Assembly (NCBI GenBank): GCA_016930795.1
Contig: JAFGFY010000093.1
Span: 6,306 to 70,305 of the forward strand
Source: Deltaproteobacteria bacterium
GTDB lineage: Bacteria > Desulfobacterota > DSM-4660 > Desulfatiglandales > HGW-15
DNA length: 64,000 nt
Direction of reading: 5' to 3'
Part shown: in pieces, positions 1 to 10,051 of the stretch
Layout: each line of letters begins with the position of its first letter
How positions within the stretch are numbered: position 1 is the first letter of the stretch
Notes under the pieces: model-generated
What the model was told of the DNA's origin: nothing
Database searches by the model: none
Seen by the model: only the letters and a program-made list of their open reading frames with translations
Translations under genes and position numbers: made by a program

Positions 1-1219
1 CGTAGACAACGATACTATTGTCCACCAGCATCCCGATGCCTACGGCCAATCCGAAAAGGGTAATAAGATTAAGGGAATAACTCCCCACAAATAGCATGGC
101 AAGCGCCGCCAGCAGGCTTACAGGCACGGCTACGGCCACGACACACACGGCCCTTGCCTGCCGTATGAACAGAAAGAGCACAACAAGGGCGATAAGGAAA
201 CCGCTGAGAGCCAACTGCTTCAGTCTGTCTATGAGCTTTTCAACATATTCAGCGCCGTCAAAGCCGATCAGGAATTCAACGCCATAGGATCTGAACTCAT
301 CCCTCAGGCTTTTGAGACGGGCGCGCAATTCCTGGCCCAATTTCACCAGATTGGCACCCTCCTCTTTAAAAACGATAAGACCTACCGAGGGCTTGCTGTT
401 GACCCGGAACAGCATGTCTCTTTGTCCTGTGCCTCGCTCTACTGCGGCTACATGACGAATCAGCACAGGTTTGTCCAGTTCAATCCTTGTCTCGGCGATA
501 GCTTGGGCGCCTCGGGGACGGCCGTCCAGCATGACGGCCGTGCGGCTCTCCTCATCTTCTAAGCCTCCCAGAAAACGGAGTCGCTGAACTGAACGGGAGA
601 GCGACGTCCCGACACTGGATGGGGATATGCCCAGGGCCGCGCAACGGTTAGGATCGATCTTAACGGTCACTTCTTCAGGCGCGCCGCCTGCGACCCATAC
701 CGTATCGACTCCTGTGATCGCAGAAAGGCGAGGTTGAATACGGTCATCCACGAGGCTGCGCAGGGCATTCGTATCGTCGCCTCCGATCACTTGAATGATC
801 ATGACGAATCGGCTAATCGAGGAAAGGTCCTGTGTATCGACGCTGATCATGGTTCCCTGAGGTTGTACCCGGGTCAATTCGACGGCAAGTCGCTGCAATT
901 CCAGCTGCCTGACCTTGATATCACTGTCGGGCTCGAAACGGACACGGAAGGATCCCCTGGAACCGCGAACTTCACCCCAAGACTCTGCCATTCCGGACAA
1001 CTCAGAAGCCCTTGCCTCCAGGGGAAGCAGGATCTCGCGCTCCACCACCTCCGGTTCACTGTTCGGGCGCATAAAAGAGACGTGGAGCTGATCCCCCTCG
1101 AGGTCCGGAAGAAGCTCTATCGGGATCTTTTCCCAGCCGACGATGCCCAGCAGGACGATGGCGGCAAATACCATGGATGTGGCCACAGGCCGGCGAACTG
1201 GGAGACTCATCCAATTCAT
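1..1219 (-). CDS. RND (AcrB/HAE1-type) efflux permease, N-terminal ~406 aa; gene runs off the left edge
   Basis: Absent from the ORF track because it has no stop inside the window. Reverse-complement translation from ATG 1219-1217 gives MNWMSLPVRRPVATSMVFAAIVLLGIVGW ... LITLFGLAVGIGMLVDNSIVVY, which contains the conserved RND GxGMLVDNxIVV motif. The start overlaps the upstream stop (ATGA at 1216-1219). Confidence 0.9.
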   Translation of the reverse strand, partial: MNWMSLPVRRPVATSMVFAAIVLLGIVGWEKIPIELLPDLEGDQLHVSFMRPNSEPEVVEREILLPLEARASELSGMAESWGEVRGSRGSFRVRFEPDSDIKVRQLELQRLAVELTRVQPQGTMISVDTQDLSSISRFVMIIQVIGGDDTNALRSLVDDRIQPRLSAITGVDTVWVAGGAPEEVTVKIDPNRCAALGISPSSVGTSLSRSVQRLRFLGGLEDEESRTAVMLDGRPRGAQAIAETRIELDKPVLIRHVAAVERGTGQRDMLFRVNSKPSVGLIVFKEEGANLVKLGQELRARLKSLRDEFRSYGVEFLIGFDGAEYVEKLIDRLKQLALSGFLIALVVLFLFIRQARAVCVVAVAVPVSLLAALAMLFVGSYSLNLITLFGLAVGIGMLVDNSIVVY

Positions 1220-4200
1220 GACTTGACCTGTTTGAACCGGAAGAAGTCCAGAACAAGATACAGACAGGGGATGACCAGGAGTGAAAAGCAGGTGGAAGCA
1301 ATAATCCCGCCAATGATGGTGAGGGCCAGGGGATTCCTTAGCTGAGCGGCCTCTCCTGCGCCGATGGCAAGCGGGAGTAATGCCAGCACGGTCGTTGCGG
1401 TGGTCATCATGATGGGGCGGAGCCGTATGGAGGCTGCCCTGGCCAGGGCCGTCTTCCGCTCAAGTCCCTCCGCCATCAGGTGACGCGCGGTCTGGACCAG
1501 GAGGATAGCGTCATTCACGGCAATTCCCGACAGCACGATGAGGCCTATAAACGACATCACGCCGATAGGCCTGCCACCGGGTACCAGGGCCATGGCTACA
1601 CCCACAAGGGCCAGGGGGACCGAAGCGAGTACCGTGACCGGGTGCACCAGTGACTCGAAGGTGCCGGCCAATACCATGAACACGAGAAGAAGAGCGATAA
1701 CCGTGGCCCATCGCAGTTCTGAAAAGGTCTGTTTCCGTTCTTCCTCCTCACCGGAAAGCTGGATCCTCGATCCGGGACTCAATTCGATCCCCACCAGGGC
1801 TGTTTCAACTGCTTCACGCGCCGTGGGGTATTCCACACCGGTGGCGATGCGGGCGGTCACCCTGGCGATACGCCGCTGATCTCGACGAAAAATCTCAAGT
1901 GCCCCCTCCACGGGTTCAAAATGGGCCACATCTCCCACCGCCAGTCGTTGCCCCGAATCCGTTGTAAAAGGAAGTTTTTTCAGGTCCACACGCCGGGTGG
2001 TTGCCAGGCGAAGCACCACATCACGTTCTTCATCGCCTGTGGAAAGCTTTGTAATCCTCCGGCCGTCCAGGACGGTCTCGAGTACATTGGCGATGTCATC
2101 GATCTCCACGCCGAGACCGTCGCAAAGGGTTCTGTTAAGAATGACATGCAGTTCCGGAGGGCCCCCTTCAAAGGAGGAGCGCACATTCCATAGCTCGGAT
2201 CGCCCTTTTAATCGCTCGAGTACATTGTCCGCTCCCCGGCGAAGGTCTTCCAGGGAACGGCCTGAAATCTCAACCTGTATGGGGGGGCCCGTCGTACCGA
2301 GGGCGCGAGAAAGGTTTGAAGTACCTAACTCCCAGGAGACCTCTACATTGGGAAGACCAGCCACGGCCGGTGCCGCGGCACGAACAACCTGGCTCGCGGT
2401 CATTCCACCGGCGCTCAGACGCACGAGAATGCGCGCAGTGTTTTCCCCGGACCGCTCTTCTCGTATGAGGCGATCATCTTCAGGAAGGCGACCGACCTCT
2501 GATAGTATGGCACGAAGATCACTGCCGGCAGCCTGCTTGATGATGGCTTCAACCGTGGCTGTCATGTTCTCGGTGGACTCCACCCGTTGTCCGGGCGGAC
2601 CGATCAGGCGAAGGGAAAACTCTCTGGGGTCAGCCGGGGCGAGAAGCTCAGTCCCCAAGCCAAGCAACTGAGTGATGGCAACGGCCACAAGCAGAATACT
2701 GACCGCGACCACGCGAAAAGGATGCCGCAGCAACCGCAGGACAATGGCCTCCACTTTATCCTTACCAGGATCACGGGTGCGCGTCTTTCCGCGGGGCAGG
2801 AGCCATCCTGCCAGGGCGGGAATCAAAAATACGGCCACGGCCAGAGATGCAACAAGGGAAACGACCACGGTAAAGGATAGGCCTTCTACCAACCGGGCCG
2901 CAAGGCCGCGTATGAAAAGGACAGGCAAAAAAACCACGCAGGTTGTGAGGGTGCTGGCCGCGACGGCGCCGGCGACCATGGCAGTGCCCCGCGGGGCGGC
3001 TTCTTCGGGAGGATCTCCTTCTGAGCGCCGCCGAAAGATACTCTCTACGACTACAATGGCATTATCCACCAGCATGCCGGCCCCCAGGGCCAGACCTCCT
3101 AGGGTCATCAAATTGAGGCTGTGACCGGCAAAATGCATAGCAAAGAGTGTGGCCATCAGAGAGACGGGAACCGCGGTTGCTACAACGATCGTAGGTCCGG
3201 CGGAACGCAGAAACAGGGTCAGCACGAGGATAGCAAGAAGGATCCCGATCAAAGCGGCGCCTTCCACATCCTCGATGGCATCTTCTACCAGCGCCGCCTC
3301 GTCACTAACGATTCGAACCTCCACACCTGGAAGATCGGCTTCAAGCCTTTCCAGGGCTTCCCGTACCGTTCGGGAGACGGAAACCGTGTTCGCGCCTGCC
3401 TCTTTATAGGCGGACAGACCCACGCCTTCGATCCCGTCAACGCGCACCAGATCAGTGATTTCCCGGTTCGCCATAAACACCTGCCCAAGGTCCTCTACCC
3501 GAACAGGAACCTGCCGGTCTTCGGAATCGCGCTCATATTTGACCACGACCTGGGCAACGTCCTCGGGTTTCCGAAACCGGGATAGCCCGCGAACCAGGTA
3601 AACGCTGTCCCCTTCTTCCAGGGTACCGGCATCTATATCAAAATTGGCGCCGCGAATACGCTGTTCCAGCAGGTTCATGGTCACCCCGTGGGCTTCCAAA
3701 AGGTAACGATCAAGAAAAACACGTACCTCTTCTTCACGACCGCCGGTCACCCGAACCTCTGCCACGCCTTCCAATTGCTCCAAAGCCGGGGCAACCTGCC
3801 GGCGTGCAATGCGCCGGAGTTCCGCCAGGTCGGGATGGCCTTCAGGCGCCACCAGACCCAGAGTCAAAACGGGAAGCTGCCGGGGATCCTGGCGTCGAAC
3901 GAGTACTTCATCCACATCCGTATCCGTTGCAATGGGATTGACCGCCTTCTGTACATCTACCAGCGCCAGATCCATGTCAGAGTGCCAGTCAAAGGTCACC
4001 CTCGCGATCAGGATCCCTGTCCGTGCCACCTGATCAATGGCCCTGATCCCGCGAACCGTAAACAGACGCTGTTCCACCTGTTCGCCATAGAGGCGCTCCA
4101 TTTCGGTGGGCGGTCTATCACCGGAGCGTATGGATACCAATACGGTGGGGCTTTGGAGATCAGGCAGAAGATCCAGAGGAAGGCCTCTCCCAGAGATCCA

Positions 4201-4278
4201 TCCCAGCACGATAACGGCTGCCGCAAGGACTGTTACGGCCACCGGACGTCTTGTCGCATAGCGTGCGAGCGCGTACAT
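1216..4278 (-). CDS. RND (AcrB/HAE1-type) efflux permease, 1020 aa
   Basis: The length, 12-TM layout and two conserved motifs (GLALGAGMLVDNAIVVVESIF and IGLIVLSGIAVNDAILLV) fit the RND family. Confidence 0.95.
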   Translation of the reverse strand: MYALARYATRRPVAVTVLAAAVIVLGWISGRGLPLDLLPDLQSPTVLVSIRSGDRPPTEMERLYGEQVEQRLFTVRGIRAIDQVARTGILIARVTFDWHSDMDLALVDVQKAVNPIATDTDVDEVLVRRQDPRQLPVLTLGLVAPEGHPDLAELRRIARRQVAPALEQLEGVAEVRVTGGREEEVRVFLDRYLLEAHGVTMNLLEQRIRGANFDIDAGTLEEGDSVYLVRGLSRFRKPEDVAQVVVKYERDSEDRQVPVRVEDLGQVFMANREITDLVRVDGIEGVGLSAYKEAGANTVSVSRTVREALERLEADLPGVEVRIVSDEAALVEDAIEDVEGAALIGILLAILVLTLFLRSAGPTIVVATAVPVSLMATLFAMHFAGHSLNLMTLGGLALGAGMLVDNAIVVVESIFRRRSEGDPPEEAAPRGTAMVAGAVAASTLTTCVVFLPVLFIRGLAARLVEGLSFTVVVSLVASLAVAVFLIPALAGWLLPRGKTRTRDPGKDKVEAIVLRLLRHPFRVVAVSILLVAVAITQLLGLGTELLAPADPREFSLRLIGPPGQRVESTENMTATVEAIIKQAAGSDLRAILSEVGRLPEDDRLIREERSGENTARILVRLSAGGMTASQVVRAAAPAVAGLPNVEVSWELGTSNLSRALGTTGPPIQVEISGRSLEDLRRGADNVLERLKGRSELWNVRSSFEGGPPELHVILNRTLCDGLGVEIDDIANVLETVLDGRRITKLSTGDEERDVVLRLATTRRVDLKKLPFTTDSGQRLAVGDVAHFEPVEGALEIFRRDQRRIARVTARIATGVEYPTAREAVETALVGIELSPGSRIQLSGEEEERKQTFSELRWATVIALLLVFMVLAGTFESLVHPVTVLASVPLALVGVAMALVPGGRPIGVMSFIGLIVLSGIAVNDAILLVQTARHLMAEGLERKTALARAASIRLRPIMMTTATTVLALLPLAIGAGEAAQLRNPLALTIIGGIIASTCFSLLVIPCLYLVLDFFRFKQVKS

Positions 4279-4282
4279 TGGC

Positions 4283-5395
4283 TTAACCAGTCTCCGTCAC
4301 GCGAACCCGGGTCTGGTCCGTCAGTGTTTCCAGTCCTCGGATGACGACCCGTTCACCCACGGCCAAACCATCGCGAATCTCGACAATATCATCATCGCCC
4401 AACCCCAGGACAACCTCCTTCATGGAGACACGCTGTCCCTTGAGAATAAATACCACCCACTTTCCTCCTCGTTCCGTGACCGCCTCCCGGGGCACGACCG
4501 GCACGTCTTTACGCTGCTCTTTGAGTATGGCCACCTCGACGAACATCCCCGGACGAAGTCGTCCATCAGGGTTTTCGACCTCTACCTCCGCGCGTAATGC
4601 CCTTGTAGTGGGATCGATCGTCGGTGCAAGGCGAATCACTTTGCCGGAAAAACTCGCGTCCTCCCACGCGTAATGCCGAACACGAACAGGAAGGTCCTTT
4701 GTGACCCGCGCCACATCCTGACCCACCAGATCCACGTCGGCTATCAGGTGATCCGTGGGCGCGACGCGGGCCACCTCAAAACCCGGTTTGACAAACTGAC
4801 CACCGGCAAGAGGTTGATTCTGGTTTTCACGATCACGCCCCAGACGAAGGATCACGCCGTCGATGGGGGTGATCAATTGACTTCGCCTTTCCTCGTTCAG
4901 GCTCCGCTCATACTCAACCCTGGCCTCCTCCAGGCTCGATTTAGCGGTGAGTAATTCGGACTTGCTTCTAAAACCTTCTTCATAGAGTTTCTTAGTGGAT
5001 TCATATTCATCCCGGGCGGTCTCAAATCGCTGAAGGTTGGCCTCAGTGCGAGCGGCCAACCGGATATCCTCCCCCGTAATCCTCGCAATGACATCGCCTG
5101 ATTTGACCCGGTCCCCTTCGCCAAAACGTTTTCCCTCTTTGTTTTCCGCGAACTCAAGGACGCCCCCGGTTTCGACCTCTAGGCTGACCATCCTGCTGGC
5201 GCGAAGGGTCCCGGTCGCGATGATCCGGTCCTCAACATCGGCCGTTCCTACCTCAGACACACTCACAGGAACGAGAAATTCGACCTCATCCACTGATCGA
5301 TTTCCATTGCAGCTGGTGATAAGGAAGACTCCGACGACAATGATGAAAAGCCAAGGGGCCCTGCTATCCCTTTTATTCATTACAGCTCTATCCAT
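4283..5395 (-). CDS. Membrane-fusion (HlyD/periplasmic adaptor) lipoprotein
   Basis: Lipobox-like LITSC, a coiled-coil stretch (ARTEANLQRFETARDEYESTKKLYEEG) and a beta-rich C-terminus. I prefer ATG 5395, which is preceded by AAGGAGAG, over the TTG at 5413 used in the ORF track. Confidence 0.88.
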   Translation of the reverse strand: MDRAVMNKRDSRAPWLFIIVVGVFLITSCNGNRSVDEVEFLVPVSVSEVGTADVEDRIIATGTLRASRMVSLEVETGGVLEFAENKEGKRFGEGDRVKSGDVIARITGEDIRLAARTEANLQRFETARDEYESTKKLYEEGFRSKSELLTAKSSLEEARVEYERSLNEERRSQLITPIDGVILRLGRDRENQNQPLAGGQFVKPGFEVARVAPTDHLIADVDLVGQDVARVTKDLPVRVRHYAWEDASFSGKVIRLAPTIDPTTRALRAEVEVENPDGRLRPGMFVEVAILKEQRKDVPVVPREAVTERGGKWVVFILKGQRVSMKEVVLGLGDDDIVEIRDGLAVGERVVIRGLETLTDQTRVRVTETG

Positions 5396-5409
5396 GTGCT
5401 CTCCTTGTT

Positions 5410-8400
5410 TCAATCCCCTGCAACCGGCGCCCAGCGTATGGCATCAGCCACAACAAACTGTCCATTCGTTTTGTTCGACAGGGTCACAGAGATCTCTCCT
5501 TCAGGTATTTCAAAATTCCCCACAATATTCCATTGTGCCTGTAAAGCGGCATCTGAGTCGAATTTCGTCTCATGCTGATCCCCATGACTATCTGTTATGA
5601 CCAGGTTCCAGGTTCCCCATCTTCTGCCCGGAAACGCGTTGTACTTAGGGGGTATATGTATTTCAAGATCCCATGATCCGGCATGCGGAACTTCTGCTGT
5701 AAACACTGCCTTCTTTTCTCCATCCCCCGCTCTTACCGCGGCCAGCGTATGCCTGTATTTACCCCAACTTCCTACTGTAGCAAGACGAGACCATGTCGGC
5801 GGCACCGCGTATTGATTGGTAACCGGCAAACCATTATCCGTTACTTTGGTTTCATCAGCTCTTCCGCTCAACCTGAATCCTTTGCCATTCTTTTCCTCTA
5901 TAATACTGAAACCTGGGTCGAGATCATCGACAACAATAAAGTCTTCTTTGGGTAAAGCCCAGGCTATTTCTTCATGACCTTCAATGGATTCCTTGTCTTC
6001 GATTTTATCCAGGTCCATAACCCTTAGCGGAACCCTGACTATGGACCGGTTAAGGGAGAGGTATGGGTTCAGAAAGACCTGGGACGGTGGTCTGGACAAT
6101 ACGGTTCCAAAACGTAGAGCACTCTTTCCTGAAAGCCGGAGGGTTTCACTCTGCACGTAGCTGCCTTGGCCGCCGTCTTCCCCTTGGAAATAATATCCTA
6201 ATGCGAACAATCCTGATGTTGGTTCATCATTACGCACAGGAAACAGGAGTTGATAACGCGGGCTGCCGTCATCTGAATCCGGCAGACGATATAGGTTGGC
6301 TTCGGGGCAGATGAAACCAGGTAGGTCCGTCGTGCTGAACCAGTCATCAAAGTATTTCGACATATCCTGTTCCAATACGTTACATGCCTCTTTTACATCG
6401 GTAAGAGAATATGATCTTCCCCGGTGTTCTTCGCGAATCATGGAAAGAAGACTTCCGGCCTTCTCCTGTCCCAGGATATCCATCATAGACCGTGAAATGG
6501 CATTACCTTTAAGGGTAATAACACCAACCATCCATTCGGGATCATCCCATGGATCCATATCTCTAAGGGAAAGACCCAGTGTCTTTTCCCATATTTCCGG
6601 GCGGGAGGTGAAGTTACTAATCAGTTGATCTGAAATGGTTCCTCCTATACCGGCACTCCTTACCGTAAAGTAAGTGTTAAGAGTTGTGTTGGTAATCTCG
6701 TTGATATCTCTGTTTAAAAGATAGGCTGAAAAAAAGCCTCTTGAACCGGTTATCAGCACTGAGGACAGGTCTTCCATGATATAATTTAAGGCCATGCCTT
6801 CCGGTCCGCTGGCGCTTGTCTGGTAATTGAAAAAGTTACTGGCAGATCCGGAGATAATATTGCCACCCAAGAAATCATTCATAAAAAAGGAGCGTAATCT
6901 TTCCCATTTTGACCCGGCAATACCCCCTTCCATATCCTTAAAATCTTCAGGATTGCGAAAAGCCGAATCAAAGCGTGCTGTGGGAAAACCCATCTCTCTC
7001 ATAAGCAGCATTCCGGGAGGCGCCAGTGCCGTGTCCATACGCCATCCCCCTCCATAGCTTCTTAAAAGGTTGGGAACCTCCACAAGGGTCAATGCGTCAT
7101 AGGGGTAGTCAAGACCATAACCTTTTGCCACTTCAAGGCGATCTTTAATCCATGATCGGATCTTTTCACCTGTTTCAGCCATCACCTCCAGGTTTTTAAG
7201 GTGCTTCCTGTGGATCAGCACTTCAAATAAAACGCCGTCGATTTCCATTGACCTGCTTTCAAATCGAGAGGCGATCAGGGCTACGGAAGGGACACATGCC
7301 GATGGTGAAAAACGGAATTGTGCATCCTGAGTATTATTCTCTACATTCAGTCGTCTTCCAGGTCCTGCGACGAGCCATCCATTCGGTACGTCCACTCGCA
7401 GATCCACATTGAAAAAATCTATGGCCTGTTTATTCGGATCATGGCGATTCCATTCCGGACCGGATGTCGGGAGCCAGCGTATTCCCGGCATTAATGCGAC
7501 AAACTTAGAATCAAAGATCATCGATTCATAACCTAACAGGGCAAGGGTTCCACTCGTTCCGCTTCTGCCAAGAGCCTTCTCGGTTTCAGGCCTGAAGGCG
7601 CTTTCAAGATAGGAAAAACGGGGATCAGGCAAACCTTTGATGGTCAGATGAATCGTTGTTTCCTCTCCTTTCTCCAGTTCTTGAGGAAGCTCAACCTCCA
7701 GCAAACCCTTTTCCTGTTTAAAGCTCAGGGGCTGATTCGCCGCGCCCAGCGCCTTTTCAGCCTTCAGGCCTGGATTAAGCGTAAACAGGGCGTTTTTCAA
7801 AACTGATCGAGCAGGCGCACGAAATGTAAGGTCCAGATCAAGGTCAAGTGTCTTGCCCGGATTGATCATGACTCTTCCAGTAATAGCCTGAATGTCCGGG
7901 ACAGGTCCCCCCGCATAGGATCTGTGGAATTCTTTCCAAGTCTCAACTATTTTTACATCCCCGGACCTTTGTTGAAAACCATAGACCATTAAGACCAATG
8001 CCAGTGCTATAATCCCCATACCCATCCCAGCGTACTTTGCCCGAGAACCCCCATCGAGGCGCGGATGAACAGCAGCGCTGATGCCGAGAATACCGAAAGC
8101 CGCGAACAACACGGCGATTCTTTGTATCCAGGCCACCGGTTCAGTCATGTTAGACGCGATATCGGTCGGAAAGTCTGAACCATATATACCGAGATAGTCG
8201 ATCGAGGTGGCATAGAGCATGGGGAGGATATTCACTGAAGCATAGATACTACCTCCCAAGATGATGAGTATAAGTACGGCCGCGAGAAGCCTGTTTCGTG
8301 TCAGTAGTGTCAGAAGAAAGGTCAGTGAGATAGCAAAAGCCAGGGCCGGCAGTGACATCTTAAAAACCATGAAAACAAGAGAGACGGGCTCTATGGGTTG

Positions 8401-8844
8401 ACCAATCGGTGAACCGACAGCAACGAGGAGGTACCCAAGAACCTCCAAAAGAATGCCAAGCACGAGAACGGGAATCCATGACGGTATCAATATCCCTAAA
8501 AAACGCCCCATCACAAGTTCCAGATTGGTATACGGTCTTGAATCCAGGACCTCATTCATCCTTTCTCTCTGATCGCGGGCTCGCACGTCAAATGAAAGAA
8601 AAACCGCTCCCGCGGTATAGATCACCAGATAGTAGAGTCCTGAAACACTGACAAGAAAACGGGGGCAGATCATCCCTACCGTTCCGGAATATGATGAGTA
8701 AAGACCGTGGAGGGTCGCTAGATAAAAATAGTAAATAAGGGCGATGAGGAAACCAATACTCAGAAAAATCCAATAGCGGACAAGACGTCTGGTAACACGT
8801 GTCTCAGCTCCGGCTATGGCCATTATTTTTTTCATTCGAATCAT
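5410..8844 (-). CDS. Fusion protein: ABC-2-type permease + M1-peptidase-like ectodomain (no HExxH) + golvesin-C-terminal-like domain, 1144 aa
   Basis: The N-terminal ~300 aa is multi-TM. A large soluble region follows. The C-terminus reads IVVDDLDPGFS...GSWGKY...AGSWDLEIHIP...VVADAIRW. I chose ATG 8844 as the start because GGAAGGAG lies 8 nt upstream and it forms an ATGA overlap with the ATPase stop. The domain names are from memory of family patterns. Confidence 0.75.
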   Translation of the reverse strand: MIRMKKIMAIAGAETRVTRRLVRYWIFLSIGFLIALIYYFYLATLHGLYSSYSGTVGMICPRFLVSVSGLYYLVIYTAGAVFLSFDVRARDQRERMNEVLDSRPYTNLELVMGRFLGILIPSWIPVLVLGILLEVLGYLLVAVGSPIGQPIEPVSLVFMVFKMSLPALAFAISLTFLLTLLTRNRLLAAVLILIILGGSIYASVNILPMLYATSIDYLGIYGSDFPTDIASNMTEPVAWIQRIAVLFAAFGILGISAAVHPRLDGGSRAKYAGMGMGIIALALVLMVYGFQQRSGDVKIVETWKEFHRSYAGGPVPDIQAITGRVMINPGKTLDLDLDLTFRAPARSVLKNALFTLNPGLKAEKALGAANQPLSFKQEKGLLEVELPQELEKGEETTIHLTIKGLPDPRFSYLESAFRPETEKALGRSGTSGTLALLGYESMIFDSKFVALMPGIRWLPTSGPEWNRHDPNKQAIDFFNVDLRVDVPNGWLVAGPGRRLNVENNTQDAQFRFSPSACVPSVALIASRFESRSMEIDGVLFEVLIHRKHLKNLEVMAETGEKIRSWIKDRLEVAKGYGLDYPYDALTLVEVPNLLRSYGGGWRMDTALAPPGMLLMREMGFPTARFDSAFRNPEDFKDMEGGIAGSKWERLRSFFMNDFLGGNIISGSASNFFNYQTSASGPEGMALNYIMEDLSSVLITGSRGFFSAYLLNRDINEITNTTLNTYFTVRSAGIGGTISDQLISNFTSRPEIWEKTLGLSLRDMDPWDDPEWMVGVITLKGNAISRSMMDILGQEKAGSLLSMIREEHRGRSYSLTDVKEACNVLEQDMSKYFDDWFSTTDLPGFICPEANLYRLPDSDDGSPRYQLLFPVRNDEPTSGLFALGYYFQGEDGGQGSYVQSETLRLSGKSALRFGTVLSRPPSQVFLNPYLSLNRSIVRVPLRVMDLDKIEDKESIEGHEEIAWALPKEDFIVVDDLDPGFSIIEEKNGKGFRLSGRADETKVTDNGLPVTNQYAVPPTWSRLATVGSWGKYRHTLAAVRAGDGEKKAVFTAEVPHAGSWDLEIHIPPKYNAFPGRRWGTWNLVITDSHGDQHETKFDSDAALQAQWNIVGNFEIPEGEISVTLSNKTNGQFVVADAIRWAPVAGD

Positions 8845-9776
8845 GATGAAAGCTCCTTCCGGTTTGCTTCTTCTACACATCCGCGGGCCGCCATAAAGGC
8901 CAGATAGGCCTCTTCCAGGTTTGGATTATCCACAGGCTTCGCGCCTGCGGGAAGACCGCCGTTACTAGAAACCGCCCGTAGCAAGACTTCATCCCCTTTC
9001 TCTTCACGGGATACCACTTCCAGATCAGCCGTGACTTCAGCCTCATCATTGAGGGATACGCGTATTTCAAAAACCGAACCCTTGGCGCGGTTCATCAATT
9101 CGGTAGGGCTGCCCCTAAACTCCACTTTGCCGTGATCGATCAATGCCATATCGGAGCAGCCCGAGCCCAGGTCCGCGACAATATGGGTGGAAAGTACGAT
9201 AATGCGGTCCTGCCCCAATTTGGCCATGAGTTGCCGAAAATGGAGACGCTCTTCAGGGTCAAGGCCCACCGTGGGTTCGTCCACGACTAGGACCCTGGGC
9301 TCATGTATCAGGGCCTGGGCCACACCAAGCCTGCGAACCATACCGCCTGAGAGTTTCTTGACTTTTCTATCCGCCACATCATCAAGCCCGACCGACTCCA
9401 GGATTTCAAAGACGCGTTCCTGACGAGATGCCTTTTCACGAAGTCCGGAGAGGGAGGCCAGGGTATCCAGGACCTCCTCTACCCGATGAAGCCGCCAGGC
9501 GTTGAACTCCTGAGGCAAATACCCGAGAAGCGTCCGCACGGTCCGGCGTTCCTGGACCACGTCATAGCCCCCCACAGTGACCCGCCCTTCTGTGGGAACC
9601 AGAAGAGTGCAGATAATGCGCATCAGGGTGCTCTTGCCCGCCCCGTTTGGTCCGAGCATGCCGAATAGGCCTTTGCCGATTCTGAGGTCGATGCCATCCA
9701 ATGCGACCGTGTTGCCCTTATAAATATGCCGCACACCTTCTATGACAATATCCCCCTCATATGTATTCTGACCCAT
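8841..9776 (-). CDS. ABC transporter ATP-binding protein (ABC-2/DrrA-like)
   Basis: Walker A GPNGAGKST, signature LSGGMVRRL, Walker B LVVDEPTVGLD. Confidence 0.95.
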   Translation of the reverse strand: MGQNTYEGDIVIEGVRHIYKGNTVALDGIDLRIGKGLFGMLGPNGAGKSTLMRIICTLLVPTEGRVTVGGYDVVQERRTVRTLLGYLPQEFNAWRLHRVEEVLDTLASLSGLREKASRQERVFEILESVGLDDVADRKVKKLSGGMVRRLGVAQALIHEPRVLVVDEPTVGLDPEERLHFRQLMAKLGQDRIIVLSTHIVADLGSGCSDMALIDHGKVEFRGSPTELMNRAKGSVFEIRVSLNDEAEVTADLEVVSREEKGDEVLLRAVSSNGGLPAGAKPVDNPNLEEAYLAFMAARGCVEEANRKELSS

Positions 9777-10035
9777 AGAACCTCCTATTTGTCTCCTTCA
9801 AAAGGCTTTGTGGAGTGTGTTTAGCAGTCTTCTTTTACAATGTCCAGAATAACATTGGATTAAATATCTATTTGATAAAAAAGGGTTGTTATCAATTTAT
9901 GACCTTAAATACTATACGTACGAGCCTCTAAAATGTTCCCGATTTCTTCAAAAAAGCCGTTTTTTGAATCATGACGAGGATGGAACGGTATCGGTCTATT
10001 GGCAGAATTCGGTTTTCTTTTTAGCACATGGTTCC

Positions 10036-10051
10036 AGCAGGAATCGTGCCA
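10036..10051 (-). promoter_or_regulatory. Candidate sigma-54 promoter (TGGCACG-N4-CTGC)
   Basis: The minus strand reads cTGGCACGATTCCTGCT. GG-N10-GC spacing is correct, with one mismatch to TTGC. It lies ~260 nt upstream of the ABC/RND operon start at 9776. Confidence 0.3.

Noticed and set aside
734-1345. A plus-strand 203-aa ORF, and small minus-strand ORFs at 874-1313.
   Set aside because: The region is fully explained by the edge-truncated RND gene on the minus strand (1-1219), whose translation carries conserved RND motifs.
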